From the NCBI RefSeq assembly GCF_018350175.1, contig NC_058369.1, positions 17,858,001 through 17,922,000 on the forward strand: a DNA stretch of 64,000 nucleotides. Direction: 5' to 3'. The position numbers and the translations under genes are program-made. Source of the DNA: Felis catus (lineage: Eukaryota). The notes under the pieces are model-generated. The model saw only the letters and a list, made by a program, of their open reading frames with translations, had not been told where the DNA came from and did not search any database. Positions 24,076-35,900 of this stretch are shown piece by piece; within the stretch, counting starts at the first letter, position 1, and the number at the start of each line of letters is the position of its first letter.

Positions 24076-24947
24076 TCACCCACTCTGGGTGGGAGACCCC
24101 TTTATTGGGGTTTTCTGTTTGGTGGTTATATGCCGCAGGTGGCAGTCAATATGGACCAGGAGGGCATCCAGCATGTGCAGGACCCCAATGAGCAGGGCGC
24201 GGTCTGAGATCGGATTCCGCCGTTTCCAGGGTCCGGAGGGGCTAGTGGTCACCTGCGGGTGCTGAGGATAGGACCAAGAGGCAAGAGTGAGAGCAGAGGG
24301 ATGGGATCAGGGTGCGGTGAGGGGCAGCGATGGGGCCAGGGAGAAGGGCATAGGAAGGCAGATGGTGGTGGAGGGTCACCGAGGGTCTGCCATGGGCTGG
24401 GGTGGTCGTGGGGACCAAGGGGGCTGGATGAGGAATAAGGATATTAAGGGGCGGAGGGACAGATGGGGACAGAGTACTGGGAGTGGTCAGGGGTTGATGG
24501 GTGTGGACAGATGTAGGGACCAGAGAGTGTGAGCGGTGGGGGAGGGGCACAGGCATGGGTAGGTTGACTGGGGGAGGGTTGGGTAGAGGACGTGATCTCA
24601 CTGGGTCTGAGTGGAGGCAGGAGGCTGGGGGAACAGAGCAGTGCTGTGCTCACCTCAGACTTAGTGCCCTGGGAGCGCCACCGCTGTAGCACCGCACGGC
24701 TGACCATCAGCATCATGGTGGTGGTGAGTGTGACCCCAGCCACAGGGTAGATGCGGTTCATCCCCAGGCCCATCCAGTGGCCAGGACAGCCCAGACTGCC
24801 CCCACAGCCTTCCAAGGTGTTCGGATGACACCCCCAGGGCTGTAGGTCCAGCCCCACCTGGTACCACAGGGGCCGTGACCAGGCATGGGAGGGGGCTGGC
24901 ATCGCCAGCAGGGACAGCAGTAGCAGGGCGAACGGTGTGAGCAGCAT
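24076..24947 (-). CDS. TMEM89: Transmembrane protein 89, 2 exons, 159 aa
   Basis: Exon 1 24947-24654 (MLLTPFALLLLSLLAMPAPSHAWSRPLWYQVGLDLQPWGC..., signal peptide and TM-like segment), donor GAG|GTGAGC. Exon 2 24261-24076 (HPQVTT...DRALLIGVLHMLDALLVHI...QSG*). Syntenic position between UQCRC1 and SLC26A6. Confidence 0.93.
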
Positions 24948-25659
24948 GGCTGTGCCAAGTCCCCGGGTGGAACCTGGGTGCCTGGCAACAGACAAACACC
25001 CCTCCCCCAGGGGCAGGCAGCAGGTTCCAGCTGGGTCCATGGCCTTTCCTGAGGGGCAGACTGGCCAGAAAACACAGCAGGGTGGGGAAGGGGGGCTTCC
25101 AGGGCCAAGATAGGCGGTACGCTTGAGGCCTGGGTGCCGATCTCTTAGCCAGCCCAGGACTGAAGAACAACTCCTTCCCCCAGCCTCCTCCCTGCTTCCT
25201 TCCTCACCTAACATTCAGTCCCTCAAATTCTAACACCCCATGGTCCCTAAGGCTGCTGTCTGGCACAGAGCCGCTTGCTGGTCCCCAAAGCCCAGCCTAC
25301 CCCACAGTCCAAATCACAGTAGGGTGAGCCCTCAAAACTGTGGGGCCCCTACAGGCTCTGAACAAAGCCTGAAGGTTCTCTCTGGCCTGTGAGGTCCTGT
25401 GTGCTGTGGCCTCCCTCCAGACTCAGGCAGGCCTCTCCGGTGTTCCCCAAAACACGTGCTGTTCCCTATGCCAGGACACGGTCCTCCATTTCTCATGGCT
25501 GGTGTTTCAGCCTGTGTCATCTGCTCCCTTAGCTTCCCTCCCATGAGCATACTGGGCAACACAGTCCCTTCTCTGTCATGTGACCCTGTTTTTTTTTTCT
25601 TCAAAGAAGTTCTAACTCTCTGCAGTTTCTTATTTGAGGTCTGCCCTCCACTCAGACAC

Positions 25660-26150
25660 ATAAGCTTCATTCACCCAATATTTGCCAAGCACGCCAGGCA
25701 CCATTCCTGGTGCTGGGATACGTGTGACAAAGCAGATAAAAAGCTCTGACTTCCTGGGCTGTGATTCTGGGGGCTGGGGCAGGGAGGAGGATTCATGAAC
25801 ACAGAACAGGGTGCTGATGCAGAACACGATAAAAACTGAGCTGGACAAGGGGCGCTTCAGTGACTTGAAGGAGGGGTCAGCCTCTGTCCACTTGTCCAGC
25901 ACAGAGCTGAGCACCTGGTCAGTACCTGGGGGACAGCAGTGTTCATGTGCTTTTGAGCAGGTGACTCGAGCCCAGCATTGCTGTAAGCATTTTGTGGCAC
26001 TGACTCATTTAAAATTCACTGAGCAACCCAGGAAGCGGGTATAATCATCATTTCATTATACTGCCAAGACACAGGCCCAGAAAGATTCTAGCCGCACCGC
26101 CCCGCCATCACTCAGAGCTCAGCTGGCCTAAAGGCCCACTGCTGCCCACT
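25660..26150. mobile_element. L2 3' tail and MIR fragments
   Basis: cattcacccaatatttgccaagcac...gtgctgggata (L2 end) and actcatttaaaattcac...atcatcattttcattatac (MIR). Confidence 0.5.
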
Positions 26151-26671
26151 AGGGAACATGCCTAGATGCTGGCATTTTATGGTAGAAATGAGCACGTTTC
26201 TTGGTTGACCATGACCTGCAGAGCCCAGGTGATGTAATGATTATGAACAGGCATTTTCCCAAGTGGACAATCCTGCACATTCTTCTAAACACAGACCAGC
26301 AGCACCTGTGAACACCATGCTTCCCCGCCCCGGTTCACTCACACCCTCCGGGGGCTGCACCTCATTGGGATCGTTCCTGAGAAGAAGCTCTGATTCCAAC
26401 TATCTTCCAGATGAAGACATAGGTGCCAAGGGTTGAGAGCAGCTGGGGAACTTGGACCTGGGGTACCCCCACCCTGGGCCCCATAACTTTCCCTCTGGTG
26501 GCTGTCTGCTGTCTCACCTGACTCTGTCCTCCCCAAACCTTCCTCCCAACTTCTGACTCCAGTCCCCACTTTGGGGCATAAGAAAGGTCAGGAGCCAGGG
26601 CTGTAGATGGCTGCCCACCCCACCAAGCCCCCACCAAGGCACAGCAGAGCCTGGTGTTAGGCAAATAAATC

Positions 26672-26677
26672 TTTATT
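26672..26677 (-). terminator. SLC26A6 polyadenylation signal AATAAA
   Basis: tttatt on plus, about 250 nt past the stop codon. Confidence 0.8.
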
Positions 26678-26925
26678 TCTGGGGGTAAAATCATACATCT
26701 TCCCCCAACCCAGCCAGTGCCAGTCTGACTCCAGTGGCCCATATCAGGCCTATAGCACTGAACTTGGAGTCCCAGAACCTCCATCCCTGAGTTGTGTGTA
26801 TGTGTGTGTGTTTATACAGAGGGGACTCCTGGGGGACATCTGGAGGCAGCCCAGGGTTGGGGGGGGTCGTTCTCACAAGTTACAACATTCAGAGGGGAGC
26901 AGTCTCAGGCAGGGTGGCAGCATGG

Positions 26926-29900
26926 TCAGAGTTTGGTCATCTGAGGAGGCAGAGGAGGGGAGGCTCTGGTCAGTTTCCAAAGGACACATATCAGCCCCTT
27001 CCCCCAGGACAGCAACCCCTGCTCCCAGGAGCAGCTTCAGCTAAAGGCAGGAAGGGGCAGCAATGGGTCCACCAGGGGCAGATCCATCCAGGAAGGGTGG
27101 ACTTCCTGAAGCTGGGGGTCAGGGTAGGGACAAGCAGTAGACAGACAAAAAGCTCAGCAAGACAGAGGCCAGCTCACCAAAACAGGGCTGGCAGGGCTGG
27201 ACCTCGGGTGTTGGAGGGCAAAGAGGACAGCGTCGTGGACAGAGGCAAAGAGATGCTGCTTAGTGATCGATGCATCGAAGAAGTGCCCAGCCTCAAGCTG
27301 GGCAACCACAGGGGCTGTAGGCAAGGAATAGGTCTCCCCTGACTCATAGAACCACCAGGAACCCCAACCCCAGTCCCCCGAATACCCTGACCCATTTCGT
27401 CCCTGACCTCTACCCCTGAAGCTACATCTAAACCTCCAGTCACTCTTGATCCTTGACCCCTGCCCCCTCAAGACACCTCTGACCTCCAGTCTCAGAGACC
27501 TTAACTCCTTGGCTGGAAGAGCCCACTCCCCTCCCAGACCGCTCATGTCCCCACCCCACGCACTGTGGCAGGCGGCCATGTACACCTCCACCTCGATCTC
27601 TCGGAAGTCGCGGAAAATCTGCAACAGAAAAGGGGGCCAGACTCAGAGGGAGCCTTGTGGGTTCCGAAGAGGGAGGCTGGGGTGGGAGGGAGTTTTGAGG
27701 GGGAGCTCAGAGGGCTCTTGGATCTAGTTATGGAGTCGGGAGGCTTGAGGGGGCCTTGTCCTCTCCCAGGGCTCTTCTTAGGAGTGTCCCCAGCCCCCAA
27801 CCCCTTACATTCTTCAGGCTCTTGAGGCACACAGTGTCCACAAAAGAGAGGGCTCCCAGATCCAGGACGAGGCTGTGGAAGTGCGGCTGAGGCAGGCCCA
27901 GGGCTTTCAGTGTGGTCACATCTGGGGCCTTAGCACCTTCTTGACCGCTGGCTACCATACCTTCTAGCTCATTCCCTGTGCTCACCTGCTGGCAAACCAG
28001 ACACACTGCAAAGGCTGCCCATGAAGGGGTGATGTCAAGGAGCACACAGACATACAAGGACACATAGGGTCAGATGTGGGAGCACGCACGTAAACACCCA
28101 CATATATTGGGACATTCAGGGGACACTGGAGAACCAGGATGTGGGGAGTCTCTTGTATGCAAAGGCAAGAGGGACACATGAGGACACACAGGCGAGGACG
28201 CCCAGACTCAGGAGCACATACAGACTTGCATATACCGCTCTGTTGCCTCCTGCACCCAGGCTTACTAGGGAGGCTTAAGAAGGGAGGGCGCTGGGCAATT
28301 GTAGCCTACCCTCAGTCAGCCAGGGCGGAGCAGGAAGGGGGCCCAGGGACACATGTGCAAACGCAGACACCCTGGCATACCATCTGGGTCTCTAGTTGAG
28401 CCTGCATCCCTTTTGATCCCATATTTTTCCCCCACTCCCAATCCTTTCCCTTTACCCATGAGCGCAGACTGTGGGGTCCTGTGAACTCTACAAATTCAAG
28501 GTCTTCCGATGGCAGACCAGAAAGCCACAAGCAGAATCTATGGCAGATCACTAGACCTCTCCCCATAGGGCATCTGATCCATCACCCACCCCCCTGCCAC
28601 TGGCACAACCACTTAAAACCCACAGCTGGTAGGTCCGTGGCCTTCCTCTCAGGACATGCATGGGCACCCCCATCTCTGCAGCTCATGGCTGACCCCTCTC
28701 CCTCGGCCTTGGAGTCCTCCATGTTGTTGCTCTCCATGTCTCTGGTGCTGGAGTGGACTTCGATAGAAACAGAAGTGTCCTTGGAGGCGGCAGTCTAGGT
28801 CAGGGGAAGAGAGGGGCCGTAAAAAGCTGTCCCAGCTGTCATCTGACAGCCAAGCCAGGCAAGTCTGGTACCACCCCCAGGCTTTGGGCAGGTAGGCAGG
28901 CCAGGAACTGAAGCTTGGGACCCAGGGCTGCCAGACTGAAGGCGGTGGGGTTCTGACCAGCTCCAGGAACAGCCAGATTGGAAAAGGATTGTGGTGGTCC
29001 ACGCTTGTTACTGGCTTAGGACGTGGGAGAAAACAAAACTCCACCCAGAGCACTGACCCACCAGGGGAGCAAAGCAGGGATCCTGGGGGCATCAGGGAGA
29101 AGAGGGGAATGCATGAGGTTAAGAAGTCAGGAGGCCAGGAGTCCCTGGCTCAGAGAGGCCCCTGCCTGTTTCTGGAGCTTCTTCAGTCGCTTCAGCTTTT
29201 GCTCCTGCTTCTTGACCAGCTTCTTCTTCCGGGAGATGAGGTGGTCAACATCCACACCGCACTAGAGAGAAATGTCAGAAGGGATGCAGACATTCTGGGG
29301 AGGTAAGGGACCCTATGACACTCACCCTGGGGACCCCAGGCCTCACCCTCTGCTTCAGTGCGTCGCTGTAGAGCTCAGCATTAGCAAAGTACATGGTGGC
29401 TGAGGAGCGGAAGATCTTCACGCCTGGGACCTCCCTGGCCTAGGGACGGGTCAGGGTTGGGGGTGGCTGAGCCCTCTGCTCTCCTGGTTGTATCTTGCTC
29501 TCCTGCTTTCCTCTCCTGTATGGCCCAAGGGCCCCCCATCACCAAGCCCCTGCCCTCCCAGACCTTGGGCCACAGGTTTGGCTACATAACCCTAACACCT
29601 CGTCCTGCTCCCTACCCCCCACCCCCACCACCCAGACCCTCAGCCAAGCCCGTCAAAGCTTCCTCCGGGGCACCCTGAACCTTCCCTTCCCATCTCCCCT
29701 CCCTTCTGTTAAAACCCAGGCTAGGCTCTTCGGCCTCCTCTTGGGTCTCCACCCCCCACTCTGTGGTCTGTTTTCTGCATGTACACAGAGAGACCCTCCC
29801 CAGCTCCCATTCCACCCAGGACACAGTCCAGGTCTCTGCTCAGCACTTGGGCCTGCACAATGTGCCCCCACCTCCCTTTCCATCCAGCTGAGCTGCTCCC

Positions 29901-32900
29901 CCTCCTGACCACTCCTCCCTCTGCCTGATTATACTGTACTCAGACTCCAAGTCTCCAAGTCAGCAGGAATGGGCTTGTTTTATTCCACTGCCCCTACTAT
30001 TAAGCATGAAACTTCTCAGGAGGTAAACGAATGATAGAGATGTAGAAACTCTGCTGATCAGATCAGAAACAGCCTCTCCTTCACCCTGGTGCCCCAGGCT
30101 CCTGCCCCACCAGCATTCCTGTCCCAGAGCTGCTCCACAGGACAAGACAGACCCCTCTCCTCAGGCTCCCATGGCCCCTCTATCCACTCCTCCTCTGTCC
30201 CTTCCTAGCTCTGAGGAGGGTGGCAGACTAGAACTCCTCCCCTGAAGCTCCAAGGACCAAAGCACCCTCAGTCCCCAGGGTCTTTGCCAGGGGCAGACAA
30301 GACTAACAAAAGCCCATTCAGCCTCTGTCCCACCCCCAGGCCTCCTGCCCAGCCCCTGCCACCCACCTCTGAGTACTCAGCCACATCTCGGTAAATATCC
30401 GTGTCTGGCACCTGCCCCAAGATAGAGTAGTGGGGCCTGTGAAGGAGACCATGTGAGGAAGGGGCAGCGAGGGGGTACCAGGGAGCCTGGGTGACCCCCG
30501 AGATGCAGGAAAGCGGTAGGGAGAAAGTGTGGGCCTCGCTCCCTCACGAGCTGGGATGGGGGGACCCAGAGGGGAGACTCACAGCTGCGTACGGAACACC
30601 ACAAGCAGCAGGGAGAAGACCACTGCAACGGCCAGGCCAAGGTCCAGGTTCAGCAGGATGGTGGCCACAAAGGTCACCAGCCAGATGAGCTAGAAGCAGA
30701 AGGGCAGCGGTCAACAGACTCTAGAGGGGGCCCTGCTGTAGGTCCCCACCCCCACCCGTGGGCTCACAGGCCTCTCACCAGATCCACTCGATTTGCCTTC
30801 CAGAGGGAACATATGTCGGTGAACTGCTTCAACATGCCCTTCAGGTTCACGATAATGACGGCTGCCAGGACTGCCTGGGTGAGGGGAGTGTCACCAGGGA
30901 CTTCCGAGAGGCGCCCAGGTGCTGACAACCCTGACCACCCGGGCATGAGCCCCGCACGACGCCAGCCGCCACCTGCCCCCTGAACTGAAGAACTTGGATC
31001 TCACTCGGAAGGGTTCCAATCCCTGATCCTTAACTCCAAATCCCACCCCAAAGAGCTCAACCTTGAAAAACAGGGCATGAGCTTGTGTCCCTGCCCCTCA
31101 CCTAGGACCTGACTGATTTGAGCCCCTGGCCTGGCCAGGTCCCTCAAGCCTGGCTGTGGGGAGGAGGCGGCTCACCTTGGGCAGGTCTTGGAAGAGTTCC
31201 CCAAGTTTGACGATGATAACGAGGATGAAGAGGGAGGAGACAGCCCCAGCCACCTGCAGGGTGGGAGTGAGCAGGGGAGGGTAGGGGAGTAGGGTGCAGG
31301 GAGGAGCAGGCAGGACCGCCCAGCCAGAGCGGTGTGCGTGAGCACAGATGCACACCCGCACCCGAAGCCCACCTGCGTGTTGCCCCCGGTGCTCTCCTGT
31401 ACCAGGCTGCGGGACATGGAGCAGCTCACAGGGAAGCACCGGAAGATGCCCCCGACGAGGTTACTGAGGCCGAGAGCCACCAGCTCCTGGTGGAGGGAAG
31501 TGCGGGTGTGTCATGTCTGGTCACCGTACCACTGTATCTAGGCCCAGGTGTCCCCAACCTCCATCCTCATTCAACAGCCTCCAGACTTGGCTACTGTCCC
31601 GAATGCCCTGGCTACTGTCCCAGTCCCCTGCGTGGCCCCAGCACATTTGTTTGCTGTTTCTTTTCTTTCTTTTTAATGTTTATTTATTTTTGAGAGACAG
31701 AGACAGAGCATGAGCGGGGGAGGGGCAGAGAGAGAAACACAGAATCTGAAGCAGGCTCCAGGCTGTCAGCACAGAGCCCAACATGGGGCTCAAACCCACA
31801 AACCGTGTGATCATGACCTGAGCCAAAGTCGGATGCTTAACCGACTGACCGATCCACCCAGGCGCCCCTTGTTTGCTATTTCCCCCTGTCCCACCTGCTA
31901 TACCACACACTGCCCCACCCCCACCCCCCAGGCCCTGGCATCTGTGTTTACCCAGCTGCCCCCATATCCTGCCGCCAGACCTGGTTGCTGTCCACCCGGT
32001 AGCCGTGCCTCAGGGCGAAGATCTTCCCCAGTGAGATGGCAATGGCGAAACCAACCACGGCGATGGTGAAGGCATAGCCCACAAGACTGGCGAACAGCTG
32101 GGGGTTGGGGGCCACTGGGGGCACCAGCCTGCAAAGGGCATCTGTGAGGCCAAAGGAGGGTGCTGGCCCTGGCCGCCCACCCCTCCCTAACCCGACAGGG
32201 GCCAGAGCTCACCCTGCAGGAATGTTGCCCACGACATCCACCCCAAATCTGTGCTTCAGACCCACGCCATAGGAGATGCCTGTGGCTCCGATGAGCTGGG
32301 GGGAGAGGACAGTCAGAGTGTGGAGAAACTACTTCGGCAGGGAAGAAGGGGGCCTGAAGCAAAGCCTTCAGGAGATGGGGAGAAATGGACAACTGGGTAA
32401 GGTGCTGTTTGGGGACTGGAAGGCACCAACATGGGACCTTTCTGCTGTGGTTCCAGCCACTCCCCAGGAACTCTCCCTGGTGCCCACTCTGGCTGGTCTT
32501 TAAATCCCCGAGGGTACCTGCTGGCAGGGACATATCCTCCCTTGCCCTTCCCCCCTGCCCCGAAGAATCCGAACCGTGAGCAGTTCCCCAGGGAGCGGCA
32601 GGGGCAGATGTCGCTGCAGTTTGTCATTCAGCAGTTTCACCAGCACCAGCACCACTCCTGCCACCAATGCGGTGACCACAGTGCCAACCACGCTCTGGGG
32701 CAGCTTCCAGCAGACCTCCAGAACTGTCTGAGGGGAGGCAGGGTCACAGCCAGCACTCCAGATGGTGGAGCACACCCTACACGTCCCTCCTCCCACCCTC
32801 ACTCACATAGATGAGGGACAGCGGCCCAGAGCGGCTGCTCAGTTGGAGGCCAAACACATACTTGAGCTGCGAGACGAAGACCTGTATGGACGCGGCTGTG

Positions 32901-35900
32901 GTATAGCCGCGGACCAGAGGCTCTGACAGGTAGGTGACCACGAAGCCGAAGTGGACCAGGCCCAGCCCCACCTGTGGGGTGGCCAAGGACAGTCAGGGAA
33001 GACAAAGGCCCTCAGGGCAGTTAGAGCACAGCCCGGGGCAGGTGGAATCCAAGGGGCATGAGTGAACAGCAATAGTGAGAAGGGCAGCGATGGTCAGACT
33101 CAGGGGAACTGGCAGGTGAGGGTGGGGATGGGGTTGGCAGCAGTGGGGGGTGGGAAACACATACTCCTGACTGCTCCGCACCTGGAAGAGGCCGACCAGG
33201 ACACTGAGTGTGGCGGCCAGTTGCACCCGGGCAGCATCTCTGGCCTCCTCATCGACTGTAGCATTCTCAGCCTGCAGGAAGTCCTCATCCGGGGCCAGGG
33301 ATTCCGTCACACTGCCCACCATTACAGACATGACAGCAAAGGTACCTGCAGGGACAGGTCAGGGCAGGTCTGAAGGGGAGAGGGCACTGCCCTAACCAGG
33401 AGCCCTGTCCTTAAGGCAGAGGCCAGGAGACATTCAGCTCTAGACAAGTATCTTCAGACTATGCCATACAAACAGAGGCAATGCTGGTGGTCATGTATGA
33501 ACCCAGAGCTCAGGGGCTCTTGAGGGTGGCTAGAAACGTTGGCCCTGCATCGTCTGCCCTGTTCCACTCATGTCCATCGGGCTCAGAATCATTCCCCTCG
33601 TGGAAGGTGAAATGAGGAAAGGGGCACGGCCTGCCTCAGGCTAGTCAGGCCTCTGCCAAGTTCTGGGCCCCTTGCAATGCCTCACACACATCCTCCCGGA
33701 GCCAGGAGCTATCCTGAATCTGTGGCCCCACAGTCAGAGGCCTACTCCTGCCTGGGAATGACCTTGGGCCAGGCTCCCAGTAGCCCAACACCAATGCTGT
33801 CCCCCTCCCTAAGTTCCCTTGCCCTCCTCAGCCTGCCCTCATCCTGTCCTCCATGGGGGAACGTGGACATCCTCCTGCAAGGCTGAGCCTGGCTCCACTC
33901 ACCCACGGAGATGTGCCGGGAAGTGCCAAACAGAAAGTAGATAAACACAGGATAGAAAGAGCTGTAGAGGCCAAACACGGGGGGCAGTCCAGCAAGGAGG
34001 GCATAGGCCAGGCCTGGAGGCGAAATGGTAGCAATGTAGGCTTGGAAGACTGGGCCTTGAAAAGGATGAGGGAATCCCAGCCCTAGGTCATGGTCCATAG
34101 TTCCAAGGGCAGGGCTCAAAGCTTCAGATGCGGGTGGGGGGTGGGTGGGCACAAGACCACAGGGCTTCCGGGCCAGGGCCTTGAAGGGCTGCAGACCACC
34201 CCCCAAAGACTGAGGGTACAGCCTCTGGGTCAGGTATGGCTCACCCTGTGGTAGCTGCATAATGGCCACACTCAGGCCAGCCAACAGGTCACCCAGGAGC
34301 CAGTCACGCACGGGATACCGGGGTAGCCACGCCAAAACTGGGAGGTGTTGGAGGAGAAGGGCTCGGGCCCGAGTGTAGGAGCACCTGAGGACACAATGGT
34401 AGGCATTGGGAGCACAGTCTACCTAAGTCCTGTCGGTGTCCCCAGCCCCCACCCTCAGCCTTACTGAAACCAGGTTCGCCACTGGTGGGTCTCGGTGGCT
34501 GAGGTCAAGCATCCCAGCTCCTCCAGCTGTTCCTGATTCAGCAGTGGCCGTTCCACGTAGTAGTTTCGCTTCCTCAGCTCCATGGCCCGCGTCACAGGCA
34601 ACAGTGCCTCTGTGTCCCTCTGACTGGGGTGGCAAGACCAGAGTCATAGTGAGTGTAACCCTGGTCCAACCTCCCTCACACTTCCACCTGGAGTCAGAGA
34701 GTCATCCTCAAGATCTAGGTAGGTCCAGCTCCCAGCTGGCCCCACCCCCAGCCAGTGGCAATCCCTGAACTTTGTCTAGCACAAGTCTCTCACTGGGCCA
34801 AAGTTCCCTACAAAAACACATCAGGATGAACACAATCCATACCTCCAACCCAGGGACAGCTGTGAGCGCTCTACCAGGTCCAGGTCCCAGGCTGACTGTC
34901 CCCCTCCCCCCAGCCCATCCCCCAGCCAGACCCTGTTTAGTCTCTGAGTCCTTATCCAGCCGCTCCATGAGCTCCGTGCTGGCCATCTGAGAGCACACAC
35001 AAGGAAGGGATCCGGCAACCAGGGTTCCGGCTCTTCAGGCAGGCTCCTCTTTAGAGGGGCTCCCCTCTAAGGGAAGGAAGGCGCTGAGGCTAAGATTGCC
35101 CCTGGGCCTCCAGCCCCGGGGTCCAGGTTGTGGACAAACTCAGGCTTAATCTCACAAAGCCAGGGAATGGTTCTCACCTGGAGAAAGGGGTCTCACCTGG
35201 AAAGGCAAGCTCCCACTCAAAGTGGGAAGATCCCCCCCCCCCCCCCAAGAACTCCCGTTCCCAGGTGAGATCTCACGTAGGGGAAAGCTCTCAACCGACA
35301 GGAAAGTTTTCATCAGCCAGGTATGTTCTGTCTTGGGAGAATCTCTTATCTACCCAGGCTCCCACCTGAAGCGGGAGGTGGATCTCCTCTAGGAATAGGA
35401 GATCTGGAGGCGAGGGAATTCTTGGGGGGGGGGGGCGGCGTAGCTCATACTGAGGAGGAAGCTTTCTCAGTGGGGAAAGTTTTCACCTACCAGTAAAGTT
35501 CTCATGTGGAAGGTACTCTCACCTAAGAGAAGCTCTTACCTGGGGGAGGCTCCCACCTGGAATGGGTGAAAGCTTTCACCTGAGAATAGATCTCCGCTGC
35601 GCAGGAATCTTCCCTGAGGGGAAACTCCCCAGCTGGGAAAATTTTCAGGAAAGTTCTGATCTGTGAACTCTGACCTAGGGGTAGGATCCCACCGGAGGGG
35701 TAGGAACTCGCCTGGGAAGAGCCTCTAACCTGGATGTCCTGCTTGGAGAAGGGAGTAGAGTGCGCACAAGGAAGATCCTCACAGACTCTTGGCACCGCAG
35801 TCTCACAGAGATCTTTGAGCCCCCTTGCCCCTCCTCCGTGAGTCACGCAGGTCTTCTTAAAGCGCTCCCCACCACCCATCAGAGCGCGTGTTTGGAGGGC

